Origin: an uncultured Muribaculaceae bacterium
GTDB lineage: Bacteria; Bacillota_I; Bacilli_A; RF39; UBA660
Length of the DNA stretch: 64,000 nt
Reading direction: 5' to 3'
NCBI GenBank assembly: GCA_964545885.1
Contig: CAZJHG010000003.1
Location: forward strand, 1,474-65,473
Shown here in pieces: positions 27,291 through 36,157 of the stretch. Under the pieces are notes generated by a model. The model had not been told where the DNA came from. It saw only the letters and a list, made by a program, of their open reading frames with translations, and made no database searches. Made by a program: the position numbers and the translations under genes. How positions within the stretch are numbered: position 1 is the stretch's first letter; every line of letters begins with the position of its first letter.

Positions 27291-27333
27291 AGTAAGTATA
27301 CTAAAAATGAAAGAAATATTCGGAGGTAATAAA

Positions 27334-28053
27334 ATGAAAAAGAAATATTTTATGATAGCAGTGATAATCTTACTAACAATAATAAGCGCTATCACAGTAG
27401 TTAAAGTTATCACTGACTTAAAAAAAGAAACTAAAATAAAAAATGAAGTACAAAAAATAATTGAGATATTAGAATCAGACACAATAGATAAAACAGAATT
27501 GATAGATATATTAGATAGAAGAGTAGTTACTAAAGGCAACTATGTAGAAGTAGAAAACAGCATTAAATTATATTATAAAGATTTATATGATGATATAAGT
27601 AATCTAACATTTTTAATAAATGAAGATAATTATTCTAATTATTTAACGTCAGCTAATTTAAAAGAAGACAGACCAAATTTTATAAAATCTAAAGATAATC
27701 TTCAAAATACCGAAGCTCAAATTAACGAAGTATATACAGAATTAACTAATCAATTAACTGATAAATCAATAATTATGTCATATATAATAGATAAGGATGT
27801 TAAAACATATTACAAGGATTTTTATTATACTTTAGTAAAAGATTATATATCTGAAAATTGGCAAGAAGATTTATCTAGTAAAAAAAATATTACTTTAAAA
27901 ATAATTCAAACATATAATGAAGCATTAGATTTTCTAGTAGCTAACAAAGGTCATTGGAAACTTAATAACGATTTAATAACTTTTGATGATACAACTTTAT
28001 ATGAGGAATATTTATTAATAACAGGTAAACTAAAAGAAGCTAGTGATAATTAG
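27334..28053 (+). CDS. Hypothetical N-terminally anchored protein
   Basis: GGAGG RBS 8 nt before ATG 27334 (MKKKYFMIAVIILL...). The ORF-track start 27274 is an upstream extension through the hairpin. Confidence 0.6.
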   Translation: MKKKYFMIAVIILLTIISAITVVKVITDLKKETKIKNEVQKIIEILESDTIDKTELIDILDRRVVTKGNYVEVENSIKLYYKDLYDDISNLTFLINEDNYSNYLTSANLKEDRPNFIKSKDNLQNTEAQINEVYTELTNQLTDKSIIMSYIIDKDVKTYYKDFYYTLVKDYISENWQEDLSSKKNITLKIIQTYNEALDFLVANKGHWKLNNDLITFDDTTLYEEYLLITGKLKEASDN

Positions 28054-28059
28054 CTTCTT

Positions 28060-28590
28060 TTAAAATTCTATTTTAATTTCTTTGGTATCAAATCTAAGTG
28101 GTTCAATAGGCTTATAGTCGAACAAGTATGCCATCAAATTAGTAGGGAATGTCTGAATCTTAGTATTATATTTATTTATATCCGTAGAATAAATTCTTCT
28201 AGCAGCTTCGATTTCACTTTCTACTTTAGATAGTTCATTTTGTAAATTTAAATATAGTTCACTAGCTTTCAAATCAGGATATTTTTCTACTAAAGAAATA
28301 CATTTATTATAGTAAGAATTTAATTTATCTCTATCATCAGCACTACCTGTTTCTTCAAAACTATTTCGAAGTTTAACTATTTCCTCTAGTGTTTCCTTTT
28401 CATGCCTACTATAAGCTTTAACGCATTCTACTAAGTTAGGTATCAAATCAAATCTCTTTTTTAAATAAATATCTACTAAGGAACTAGCTCTTTCTACTTT
28501 TTTATAAGACCTTACTAAAGAATTATATATTAATATAAATATTACAATAAATATTAGTAAGACTATTAAACACCATACAAATATATCCAT
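28060..28590 (-). CDS. lemA: LemA-family protein
   Basis: One N-terminal TM segment, then YNSLV..VE..SLVDIYLKKRFDLIPNLVECVKAYSRHEKETLEEI, the LemA signature. GAGAGG RBS before ATG 28590. Confidence 0.85.
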   Translation of the reverse strand: MDIFVWCLIVLLIFIVIFILIYNSLVRSYKKVERASSLVDIYLKKRFDLIPNLVECVKAYSRHEKETLEEIVKLRNSFEETGSADDRDKLNSYYNKCISLVEKYPDLKASELYLNLQNELSKVESEIEAARRIYSTDINKYNTKIQTFPTNLMAYLFDYKPIEPLRFDTKEIKIEF

Positions 28591-28594
28591 ATTA

Positions 28595-29647
28595 TTACCT
28601 CTCAATTTCATCTAATTTATTTATTATTTCTTCTATAATTTCAGTCATACCATCTAACATTTTAAAATAGTAAGCAATACTTAAAGCTTCTTTTTTTATG
28701 TCGTTTGGATGTGGTTCAAATAATGAATCGCTATGGAACCTAAAAAATAACAATCCTTTAATTAATCTAAATTCATAAAAATAACCAAAATTATTATATA
28801 ATTCTAATATTTTATTTGTTAAAGACGGAGTCAATATTCTAAGTGCAGTAATCTTATCGGAAGTAAAAACATCATATTTTTCTTCAAATAGTTGATTATC
28901 TAATTCTACATAGTCTTTTTTATCAAATAATTTTAATTTATCAGTTGCAATAATTAATGAAAAGTCATTAAACTTATTAAGTTCTATAACTGCAACCGGT
29001 CCAAAAAATAATGTACGGCTAGAAGAATTACCATCACTATCAGTAGATTCTCTTTCTGTATGAACATCTGATAGTGAAAACTTATATCCCAAAATATTTC
29101 CAGTTATCAAGTCTTCAGAGCGATAATCACTATACCCCTCAAAATTACCAATTTTATATATTTGAGAAGAAATCCCTTCATTCGGATTATATTGCCACTC
29201 ACTATTATAATTTTTTATAACTGCTTTTATTATTTGTTCTCTATATACTTTTGAATAATTAGCTGATGATACTGCCTTCCAAATAAGTGAGAAAATAAAT
29301 GTAGTCCAACACGCAGCAAATAAAACAATCCAATCATAAAATAATAAAGATATCTCAATTACAATAATAAATATAATGAATATATATAAATTTATTCTTT
29401 TGTGTTTCTTTCTCTTTTTATCTAACACTTGATTATTAGTCAGAATATTTATATAATTTTGAATATCATATTGTTTTTCTTTCAGTACTTCATTATATAT
29501 TTTTTCTTTAGCTTTTTTTGAAGCTTTTGCTTCCTTAACCAACTTTACAATATCATAAATAAAGAATACAAGCCACGCTATCGTAACGAAAGATTGAAAT
29601 AAAAAAACTCCTAAATTATCAAAACTCATATACCACCAAATTTCCAA
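28595..29647 (-). CDS. DUF3137-like membrane protein (LemA partner)
   Basis: TM segments, then YREQIIKAVIKNY..W.YNP..GIS...EDLITG..GYKFSLSDV...FFGPV. The family assignment is from memory. Its stop lies 4 nt before the lemA start. Confidence 0.55.
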   Translation of the reverse strand: MEIWWYMSFDNLGVFLFQSFVTIAWLVFFIYDIVKLVKEAKASKKAKEKIYNEVLKEKQYDIQNYINILTNNQVLDKKRKKHKRINLYIFIIFIIVIEISLLFYDWIVLFAACWTTFIFSLIWKAVSSANYSKVYREQIIKAVIKNYNSEWQYNPNEGISSQIYKIGNFEGYSDYRSEDLITGNILGYKFSLSDVHTERESTDSDGNSSSRTLFFGPVAVIELNKFNDFSLIIATDKLKLFDKKDYVELDNQLFEEKYDVFTSDKITALRILTPSLTNKILELYNNFGYFYEFRLIKGLLFFRFHSDSLFEPHPNDIKKEALSIAYYFKMLDGMTEIIEEIINKLDEIER

Positions 29648-29784
29648 TATTATCTATATCTATTTTATCATAAATTATATTTAATATTATTTAAATATAC
29701 ATAAATTAATTAATTATTTTTAATAATTTCATCACATATTATTAATATAATTAGTTTAAAATGAAATAAGAAAGGAAAATTTAT

Positions 29785-30459
29785 ATGTCAATTGTATATA
29801 TATTATTAATTATATCTTTAGCTATAACATTAGGTTCTCAGTTATATGTAACCTCAACCTATAAAAAGTATATTAAAGTAAAATCATCTTCTAACCTAAC
29901 TGGAGCCGAAGCAGCACGTCAAGTATTGGACAGTAATGGTTTAAGTAATATTAAAGTAGTTGAAACTAAAGGATATTTATCAGACCATTATGACCCATCT
30001 AAGAAAATAGTTGCTTTATCTAGTAGCAATTATCATAATGCTAGTATTGGAGCTGTCTCAGTAGCTTGTCATGAATGTGGTCACGCAATACAAGATAAAG
30101 ATAATTATACTTTTATGCGTATTCGCTCCTCGTTAGTACCTGTCGTTAATTTTTCTTCGTATGCCGGCTATGTAGCTATGGTACTTGGTATTTTATTTAG
30201 TTCACTAAATCTAATTTGGTTAGGTATCTTTGCTGAAGTTGCTATTCTTATATTTCAACTTGTTACATTACCAGTAGAATTTGATGCTAGTAAAAGAGCT
30301 CTAAAAGAGATAGAAAAATATAATATCTTAAATGATAACGAATTAAAAGAAGGTAAAACAGTTCTAACATCAGCTGCTTTAACATATGTTGCTAGTGTTG
30401 CCACTACAATAATAGAAATTCTTAGATTAATATTAGTCTATGGTAGAAGGGATGATTAA
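29785..30459 (+). CDS. YugP-type membrane zinc metallopeptidase (Zn_peptidase_2 family)
   Basis: GAEAARQVLD, LSDHYDP, HECGHAIQ (HExxH), and C-terminal TM helices. Confidence 0.8.
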   Translation: MSIVYILLIISLAITLGSQLYVTSTYKKYIKVKSSSNLTGAEAARQVLDSNGLSNIKVVETKGYLSDHYDPSKKIVALSSSNYHNASIGAVSVACHECGHAIQDKDNYTFMRIRSSLVPVVNFSSYAGYVAMVLGILFSSLNLIWLGIFAEVAILIFQLVTLPVEFDASKRALKEIEKYNILNDNELKEGKTVLTSAALTYVASVATTIIEILRLILVYGRRDD

Positions 30460-30461
30460 TT

Positions 30462-30932
30462 ATGAATTTTAACAATGGTGAATTGCCGTCGTTTAAAACT
30501 CTTTTTAATTATTTGGTTGATTCATTAAATAAATTTCTTTTGGTATTACTAATAATTATAGTGATATTATCTATATTTATATCAAACTTCTTTATAGATT
30601 TGTCAAAATTTATTATTATAGGAATCATTATCTTTCGTATGGTATCTAAAAATAAAATTCAAAGAAACAAAGAAAATAAAATGTTTTTAAAAATCAAATC
30701 AACAATTTTAAAACCATTCAATAGTATTATAAGAAACTTTAAAGATAGAAAAAAATATGTTTACAAAAAATGTTCTAAATGTAAAACAATATTGAAACTA
30801 CCTTTACCAAATAAAATAGGCATTAACCATGCTAAATGTCCAAATTGCCATAATAGAGTTACACTTTTTACTCTAAGAAAAAAACATCCCGAAAAAATAA
30901 AAGTTGAAGTTATAAAAAAGAAGGTAAGCTAG
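30462..30932 (+). CDS. Membrane protein with C-terminal zinc ribbon
   Basis: Two TM segments, then CSKCKT...CPNCHN. Starts 2 nt after the yugP-like stop. Confidence 0.6.
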   Translation: MNFNNGELPSFKTLFNYLVDSLNKFLLVLLIIIVILSIFISNFFIDLSKFIIIGIIIFRMVSKNKIQRNKENKMFLKIKSTILKPFNSIIRNFKDRKKYVYKKCSKCKTILKLPLPNKIGINHAKCPNCHNRVTLFTLRKKHPEKIKVEVIKKKVS

Positions 30933-30950
30933 AAATAGCTTATTTTTCTA

Positions 30951-31011
30951 TTGACTTACAATATTATAAAAAGTTAAAATTATTATAGATAGTAGAGGAG
31001 TGTAGTTTCAT
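30951..31011 (+). promoter_or_regulatory. Promoter plus leader: TTGACT-18 nt-TAAAAT, then the same 21-nt block TATAGATAGTAGAGGAGTGTA
   Basis: -35 at 30951-30956, -10 at 30975-30980, block at 30984-31004. Geometry is identical to 21782-21838. Confidence 0.7.
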
Positions 31012-33126
31012 ATGAAAAAGTATAAGAAAAGTATTTTATTTTTACTATTTATTTTAATACCTTTTGTGGTTTCAGCTCGTAATTTGGAAGATCTAGAATT
31101 AAAATGGACTGATGAAATAGAAGATGATGGTTATATTTTTAATCCAGTTACTGAGTTGGATCCTAAATATGCAGAATATAATCATGGATATAATGAAAGT
31201 AAATTTATCGAAACAGATGAAGGTTATCTTATTATAGGTAATTCTAGCTTTAATTTGTATGATAGAAACAAGGGATTAGTTAAATCAGTTAGTGCTGGTT
31301 ATAATCATCAATATATTGAGGATGGAAATAATTATATAGTAATTGGCAAAAATTATGATAATTATTCTGCTAACATTAAAATAGTAACATCTGAGTTAGA
31401 TGTTCTTGCTGAATATGATTTTTCTATGTGTTCGATTTTTAATTTTTTTATTAAAGATGATTCTTTGGTTGTTGTTTATGAAGAGTGTGATAGTGATGGT
31501 TATTATTTAAATTCACTAGTTTTAGAAAAAGAAACATTAAAAGAAAAACATTCTTCAAAAATCTTTACTTTGAAAACTACTTATAATTACTTTTATGAGG
31601 CTAAAATATATAGAGACGATTATTATAATTATTACTATTTAGATAAAGATTTTAATATTGTACCAGATAATTTGAATGATGATAGTTCTTATTTTATCTC
31701 TGATGATAATTATTTGTACTTGTTTGATAAAAGCGGGAAAGAGTTGAAGTCAATTAATATTGAGCTGTCAGATAATTATTCGCGTTACTATTGGGATAAA
31801 ACTCCTGTAAGAAAGTATAATAATTTTTATTATGTTTTTAGCAATGAATATAAGTATGATGCAGTAACAAAAAAATATTTACATAGAGTTGTATATTATA
31901 AATATGACAATGATTTTAGATTAGTTGATACTAAAATTTTAACAGGTGAACCTACGAGTAGGAGTGATTCTTATAATGCTAGGTTATATTTAAATAAAAA
32001 AGGTTTATTTATTTACTATAGTTATAATAATCAATACTATAAAATAGAAGATGATTTTAGTTTTACAACTTCAGATAGTTCGTACATGTATGACGAAATA
32101 GAAAAAAATATTGATTACCCGAATGTACCAAAAATTAATAATCAATTAAATGCTTATTTTATGGTTTATGAATATCTTGATGCTCTTGCTTCTGATAAAG
32201 AAGAAAAGTTAGAAAAAGATTTAAGCGATAATGATAATGCATATATTTCTTTTTCATATGATACATATTATGATGAAGATAACGAACAATTAATAATAGC
32301 TGTTACTTGGTTAGAAGAATTATATATAAATGGAAATTACACAGATTATACTGAAGCAGAACTAATTTACTTAGATGAAGAAAATTATGAATCACCAACA
32401 ATAGTTACTTTAGTTGAAAGGTCAAAATATACTGGTTCAAATTATCTTTATACTGAAAATATTGGCGCGAAGATGTATGTTGATGAAGATAATATCATCG
32501 TTGCTCTTAGCTTAGGCAATAAAATAATGACTAATATCTATGATAGAGAAGGAAAACTAATTAAAACACTATCTGAGAAAAAAATTAAAGGACTGTCACC
32601 TCAAATGGTTAGTTATAATGCTGGAAGATTACTTGTCATTTTTAGTATGTATCCAGAACCAGTGGCTCCAAATAATAATTCAGTTAACTTTACTGGTAAT
32701 ATTACTAATTTTATACCAGATGCTAAATTGACTGTGTATATTCCAGGTATAGATGGTGTTGCTTCATACTCATATATTGAATATTATGAAACACCATTTA
32801 ATATTACAATTAAGACAGATGGTAATGGAACAATAGAGTCTACTAAAGTAAAAGCATCATCTGGAGATGAAATTAAATTTACTATAACACCTAAAGAAGG
32901 ATATGTTCTTAGCGTAGTTAAAGTAACTGATTCTAGTGGTAATGTTGTAACATTTAAAGACAATACGTTTACAATGCCTTCATCAGATGTAACAATTGAG
33001 GCTACATTTGTACCAGAAAACCCTAATACTGTAGATGCTGCAATAATAGCTAGTATTGCAGTAATCATCTGTGGTAGCATAGGTATTATTTATAGCATAA
33101 GAAAAATTAAATGGTTAAATATTTAA
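31012..33126 (+). CDS. Large Y/N/D-rich surface protein with a divergent InlB-B-repeat-like domain and a C-terminal NPNTVD-TM-basic tail
   Basis: Signal peptide. The segment ITIKTDGNGTIESTKVKASSGDEIKFTITPKEGYVLSVVKV..TFTMPSSDVTIEATF resembles the Flg_new_2 pattern. C-terminal tripartite signal. Confidence 0.75.
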   Translation: MKKYKKSILFLLFILIPFVVSARNLEDLELKWTDEIEDDGYIFNPVTELDPKYAEYNHGYNESKFIETDEGYLIIGNSSFNLYDRNKGLVKSVSAGYNHQYIEDGNNYIVIGKNYDNYSANIKIVTSELDVLAEYDFSMCSIFNFFIKDDSLVVVYEECDSDGYYLNSLVLEKETLKEKHSSKIFTLKTTYNYFYEAKIYRDDYYNYYYLDKDFNIVPDNLNDDSSYFISDDNYLYLFDKSGKELKSINIELSDNYSRYYWDKTPVRKYNNFYYVFSNEYKYDAVTKKYLHRVVYYKYDNDFRLVDTKILTGEPTSRSDSYNARLYLNKKGLFIYYSYNNQYYKIEDDFSFTTSDSSYMYDEIEKNIDYPNVPKINNQLNAYFMVYEYLDALASDKEEKLEKDLSDNDNAYISFSYDTYYDEDNEQLIIAVTWLEELYINGNYTDYTEAELIYLDEENYESPTIVTLVERSKYTGSNYLYTENIGAKMYVDEDNIIVALSLGNKIMTNIYDREGKLIKTLSEKKIKGLSPQMVSYNAGRLLVIFSMYPEPVAPNNNSVNFTGNITNFIPDAKLTVYIPGIDGVASYSYIEYYETPFNITIKTDGNGTIESTKVKASSGDEIKFTITPKEGYVLSVVKVTDSSGNVVTFKDNTFTMPSSDVTIEATFVPENPNTVDAAIIASIAVIICGSIGIIYSIRKIKWLNI

Positions 33127-33133
33127 TACTTAA

Positions 33134-33158
33134 AAAGGTTTGTAAATTCAAGCCTTTT
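33134..33158 (+). terminator. Rho-independent terminator
   Basis: aaaggtttg / caagccttt stem (one G.U pair) followed by T4. Confidence 0.5.
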
Positions 33159-33162
33159 ATTA

Positions 33163-33171
33163 TGCTATAAT
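33163..33171 (+). promoter_or_regulatory. Extended -10 promoter TGCTATAAT
   Basis: ttaTGCTATAAT 20 nt upstream of ATG 33191. Confidence 0.6.
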
Positions 33172-33190
33172 AAAAAAGGGAAGTGATAAT

Positions 33191-33826
33191 ATGCAAAACC
33201 AAATATCCATAAACTGTCATAGTAGTATAAAAATAACTAATTCTAAAAATATCTATTTTGATCCATATTGTATAACAGAAGAAAATCACGATGCAGATTA
33301 TATATTTATTACTCATAATCACTATGACCACTTAGATATTATCTCTATAAAAAATATCTTGAAAGAAGACACTCTTGTAATAATACCATCTTCTGTATCA
33401 CAAAAAGATTTAAATCTATATATCAGACAAGAACAAGTAATAACTGTCAGCCCAAACCAACACTACAATACTATTGATATAAGTTTTGATACGGTTCCTA
33501 GCTATAATATAGATAAAGAATTTCATAAAAAAATATACAATTGGGTAGGATATATAGTTGAAATAAATAATCAAAAAATATATGTTGCTGGAGACACTGA
33601 CAACCTTCCTGAATTACATAACATAAAATGTGATATAGCCTTAGTACCAATAGGTGGAACATACACAATGAATCCTCAAGAAGCAGCTTCTTTAATAAAC
33701 GTAATAAAACCATCTATAGTGATTCCAACTCATTATGGTAAAATAGTTGGTGACTATAAAAATGCTCAAGAATTTCAAAGTCTTTTAGATGAAGACGTTG
33801 AATGTAAAATACTAATTAACAGGTGA
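33191..33826 (+). CDS. Metallo-beta-lactamase-fold hydrolase
   Basis: ITHNHYDH (HxHxDH motif), plus later GD and PTHYG motifs, 211 aa. Confidence 0.8.
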   Translation: MQNQISINCHSSIKITNSKNIYFDPYCITEENHDADYIFITHNHYDHLDIISIKNILKEDTLVIIPSSVSQKDLNLYIRQEQVITVSPNQHYNTIDISFDTVPSYNIDKEFHKKIYNWVGYIVEINNQKIYVAGDTDNLPELHNIKCDIALVPIGGTYTMNPQEAASLINVIKPSIVIPTHYGKIVGDYKNAQEFQSLLDEDVECKILINR

Positions 33827-33830
33827 TAAT

Positions 33831-34337
33831 ATGTTATATATAAAAAAAGCTAATTATGATGATATTGAAGAAGAATTTAATTTATTTAAATCTCTTCCAT
33901 TCGTTGATAAAGGATTTCGTAACTATTACTACGGAATATCTCGTGAAAACTTCCAAGAAAAATGTCTAGATCTAATAATTAATTTAGATTTTTTGACAGA
34001 ACCAAAAGATATATATACACCTCAAACAACATATTTTTTATGGCTAGATAATAAAATAATAGGAATTTACACAGTAATGCACGAACTAAATGAACATCAA
34101 AAGAATGCTGATGGTCATATTGCTTACGAAATATTAAAAGAATATCGTAACCAAGGTTATGCTACTAAAGGATTATCCCTTGTTATAGAAGAATCAAAAT
34201 CATATATCAAAGAAAATGAAATATATATGCATACTACGAAAGATAATCCTGAATCATTAAAAGTTATGTTAAACAATGGAGCTTATATATTTAAAGAAAC
34301 AGAAAGAGACTATTTTACAAGAATAAAATTAAGATGA
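33831..34337 (+). CDS. GNAT-family N-acetyltransferase
   Basis: YRNQGYATKGL acetyl-CoA-binding (Q/RxxGxG/A-like) motif, 168 aa. Confidence 0.7.
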   Translation: MLYIKKANYDDIEEEFNLFKSLPFVDKGFRNYYYGISRENFQEKCLDLIINLDFLTEPKDIYTPQTTYFLWLDNKIIGIYTVMHELNEHQKNADGHIAYEILKEYRNQGYATKGLSLVIEESKSYIKENEIYMHTTKDNPESLKVMLNNGAYIFKETERDYFTRIKLR

Positions 34338-34407
34338 CCAATGGTCTCTTTTTTTTGACTTCACCAAAAACATTAAGTATAATAATCCCTACAAAAGAGG
34401 GATATCT

Positions 34408-35274
34408 ATGCAAGAAACATCATTATCAGAACAAATCAAAAAAAGAGGATATAAAATACCTAAAATAATTATTCCTTCACAAGAACTATTATCTATAAAA
34501 GAAGTCATCGACAAAGAAAAGCACACAAATGTTAAGCTTAATAAAAGAAACTTAAAATATATATTAGATAGAACTCATTCATTTCTTGATAGCCATTTTT
34601 GTCTATATGATGTTCCTTTTTATAGTGAAAATAGACTTGGTCCAATAAAAATAGAAAAATACGGAACAATTCATCCATATGGTTTACCAATTACTAAAGT
34701 AAAGGGAGAAGACACTTTTTACGGTTGCTTAAGAGAAGTAATTGATTATAAAGATGATAAAATAATTAACTATTCTTATCGTGGAATAGAATTATCTAAA
34801 AATTTAACAGAATTATCTTCACTATCATATACACATGAAATTGTTCATTCAGAATTAAATCACGTTAAAGGTATTGTAAAAGAATACTCTAATATAGAAT
34901 TTCTTAGTATTTTCTTAGAAACTCTTCAAGCTTATGAAACATCTCAAGATTTACTTATAATACATGATCAAGAAAGATTATTAGAACTCTCAGGAATTAT
35001 TAAAGAACTAAAAGAATACCATTCAACAACAGATTCTCAAATAAAAGATGTTCTAATAGAAGGAAGTTCCTATGCTGAATCTACTTTAAAAGCTTACGCT
35101 TTATTTATAAAGTATTATAATAGTTCTTCTCAAGTAAAAAAAGAAATATTAAGTTCTATTCAAAAAATATTTAATTATGAGTTATCAGTAGAAGAATTTC
35201 TTATGAAATACGATATTACATTTTCTGAAAGTCTAGATTCAATAACAATAAAAAGTTATTTAAAAAGGAGGTAA
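34408..35274 (+). CDS. Uncharacterised HExxH protein, paralogue 1 of 3
   Basis: SLSYTHEIVHSELNHVKGIVKEYSNIEFLSIFLE, with HEIVH starting at nt 34834. No signal peptide. Confidence 0.7.
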   Translation: MQETSLSEQIKKRGYKIPKIIIPSQELLSIKEVIDKEKHTNVKLNKRNLKYILDRTHSFLDSHFCLYDVPFYSENRLGPIKIEKYGTIHPYGLPITKVKGEDTFYGCLREVIDYKDDKIINYSYRGIELSKNLTELSSLSYTHEIVHSELNHVKGIVKEYSNIEFLSIFLETLQAYETSQDLLIIHDQERLLELSGIIKELKEYHSTTDSQIKDVLIEGSSYAESTLKAYALFIKYYNSSSQVKKEILSSIQKIFNYELSVEEFLMKYDITFSESLDSITIKSYLKRR

Positions 35275-35278
35275 TTAT

Positions 35279-36148
35279 ATGACTCAAATTAGTAAAGATG
35301 ATGAAATAATTAAAAGAGCATTAAATCCTAATCCAGAAATAATAAATCCTAGTGATGAATTATTAGATAGTTTAACTCAATATAGTATGCTACCGATAGC
35401 TAATAAGGATTACGAAGTACACCGAATGTCTATTAATAATGCTTTATATGATGCTCAAACTTTTTTATTATATTATTACAATTTACATAAGGTACCAACA
35501 GTTAATATTCATAAATTACTAGGTCATCAAATCCATATTGGTAAATCAGTTAGCCCATTAAAATTACCAGTAAATCTAGTACCAAATGATGACATATTTT
35601 CAGGATCAGTAACAGAAGTCTTAACCAATAGAGAACCACATATTATCTTTCGTGAAATAAATTTAAATATTCAAACTACCGAGCAAACATCATCTTCTTA
35701 TATTCACGAAGTAACTCATACTCAAATAGATCGTTTAAAAGGAGCTGTAAAAGAATATTATAATCTGGAAATAATAAGTATTTTTAATGAACTATTTCAT
35801 GCTTCTATTTTAGATAGTGATGAAAGAATATTAAGACTAAATGATTCAAGGCGTATTAATGAAATGACAGTTACAGCCCAAGAATTAAGAGATTATCATG
35901 ATGGTAAAAGTACTATGAATCGTGATGAATTACTAGATTGCTGTAAATATTTAATATCAGATTTACAAGCTTACCAATTATTTGTTACTTTTTATAATAG
36001 TACAGAGTATACCAAAAATGAGATTATAGATGATATTCAAACTATTTTTGATGGTTATATGACAGTCGAAGAATTACTTGATAAATATGAAATCACCTTA
36101 GAACCAGATGAAGATGAAAAAAAATTATTAAAATATTTTAATAGATAG
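35279..36148 (+). CDS. Uncharacterised HExxH protein, paralogue 2 of 3
   Basis: SSSYIHEVTHTQIDRLKGAVKEYYNLEIISIFNE. Strong AGGAGG RBS. 4-nt gap from paralogue 1. Confidence 0.7.
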   Translation: MTQISKDDEIIKRALNPNPEIINPSDELLDSLTQYSMLPIANKDYEVHRMSINNALYDAQTFLLYYYNLHKVPTVNIHKLLGHQIHIGKSVSPLKLPVNLVPNDDIFSGSVTEVLTNREPHIIFREINLNIQTTEQTSSSYIHEVTHTQIDRLKGAVKEYYNLEIISIFNELFHASILDSDERILRLNDSRRINEMTVTAQELRDYHDGKSTMNRDELLDCCKYLISDLQAYQLFVTFYNSTEYTKNEIIDDIQTIFDGYMTVEELLDKYEITLEPDEDEKKLLKYFNR

Positions 36149-36157
36149 AGTGATAAT

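Noticed and set aside
27210-27539. 109-aa minus-strand ORF, and the 5' extension (27274-27333) of the plus-strand ORF
   Set aside because: The minus ORF overlaps the better-supported plus-strand gene and runs through the terminator hairpin. The plus-strand extension lacks an RBS, whereas ATG 27334 has GGAGG.
32784-33080. 98-aa minus-strand ORF at the 3' end of the 31012 gene (also 39597-39851, 50783-51052, 46362-46625, 47466-47732, 44306-44551)
   Set aside because: All lie antisense to, or overlap the starts of, well-supported plus-strand genes. They lack RBSs and have shadow-ORF composition.
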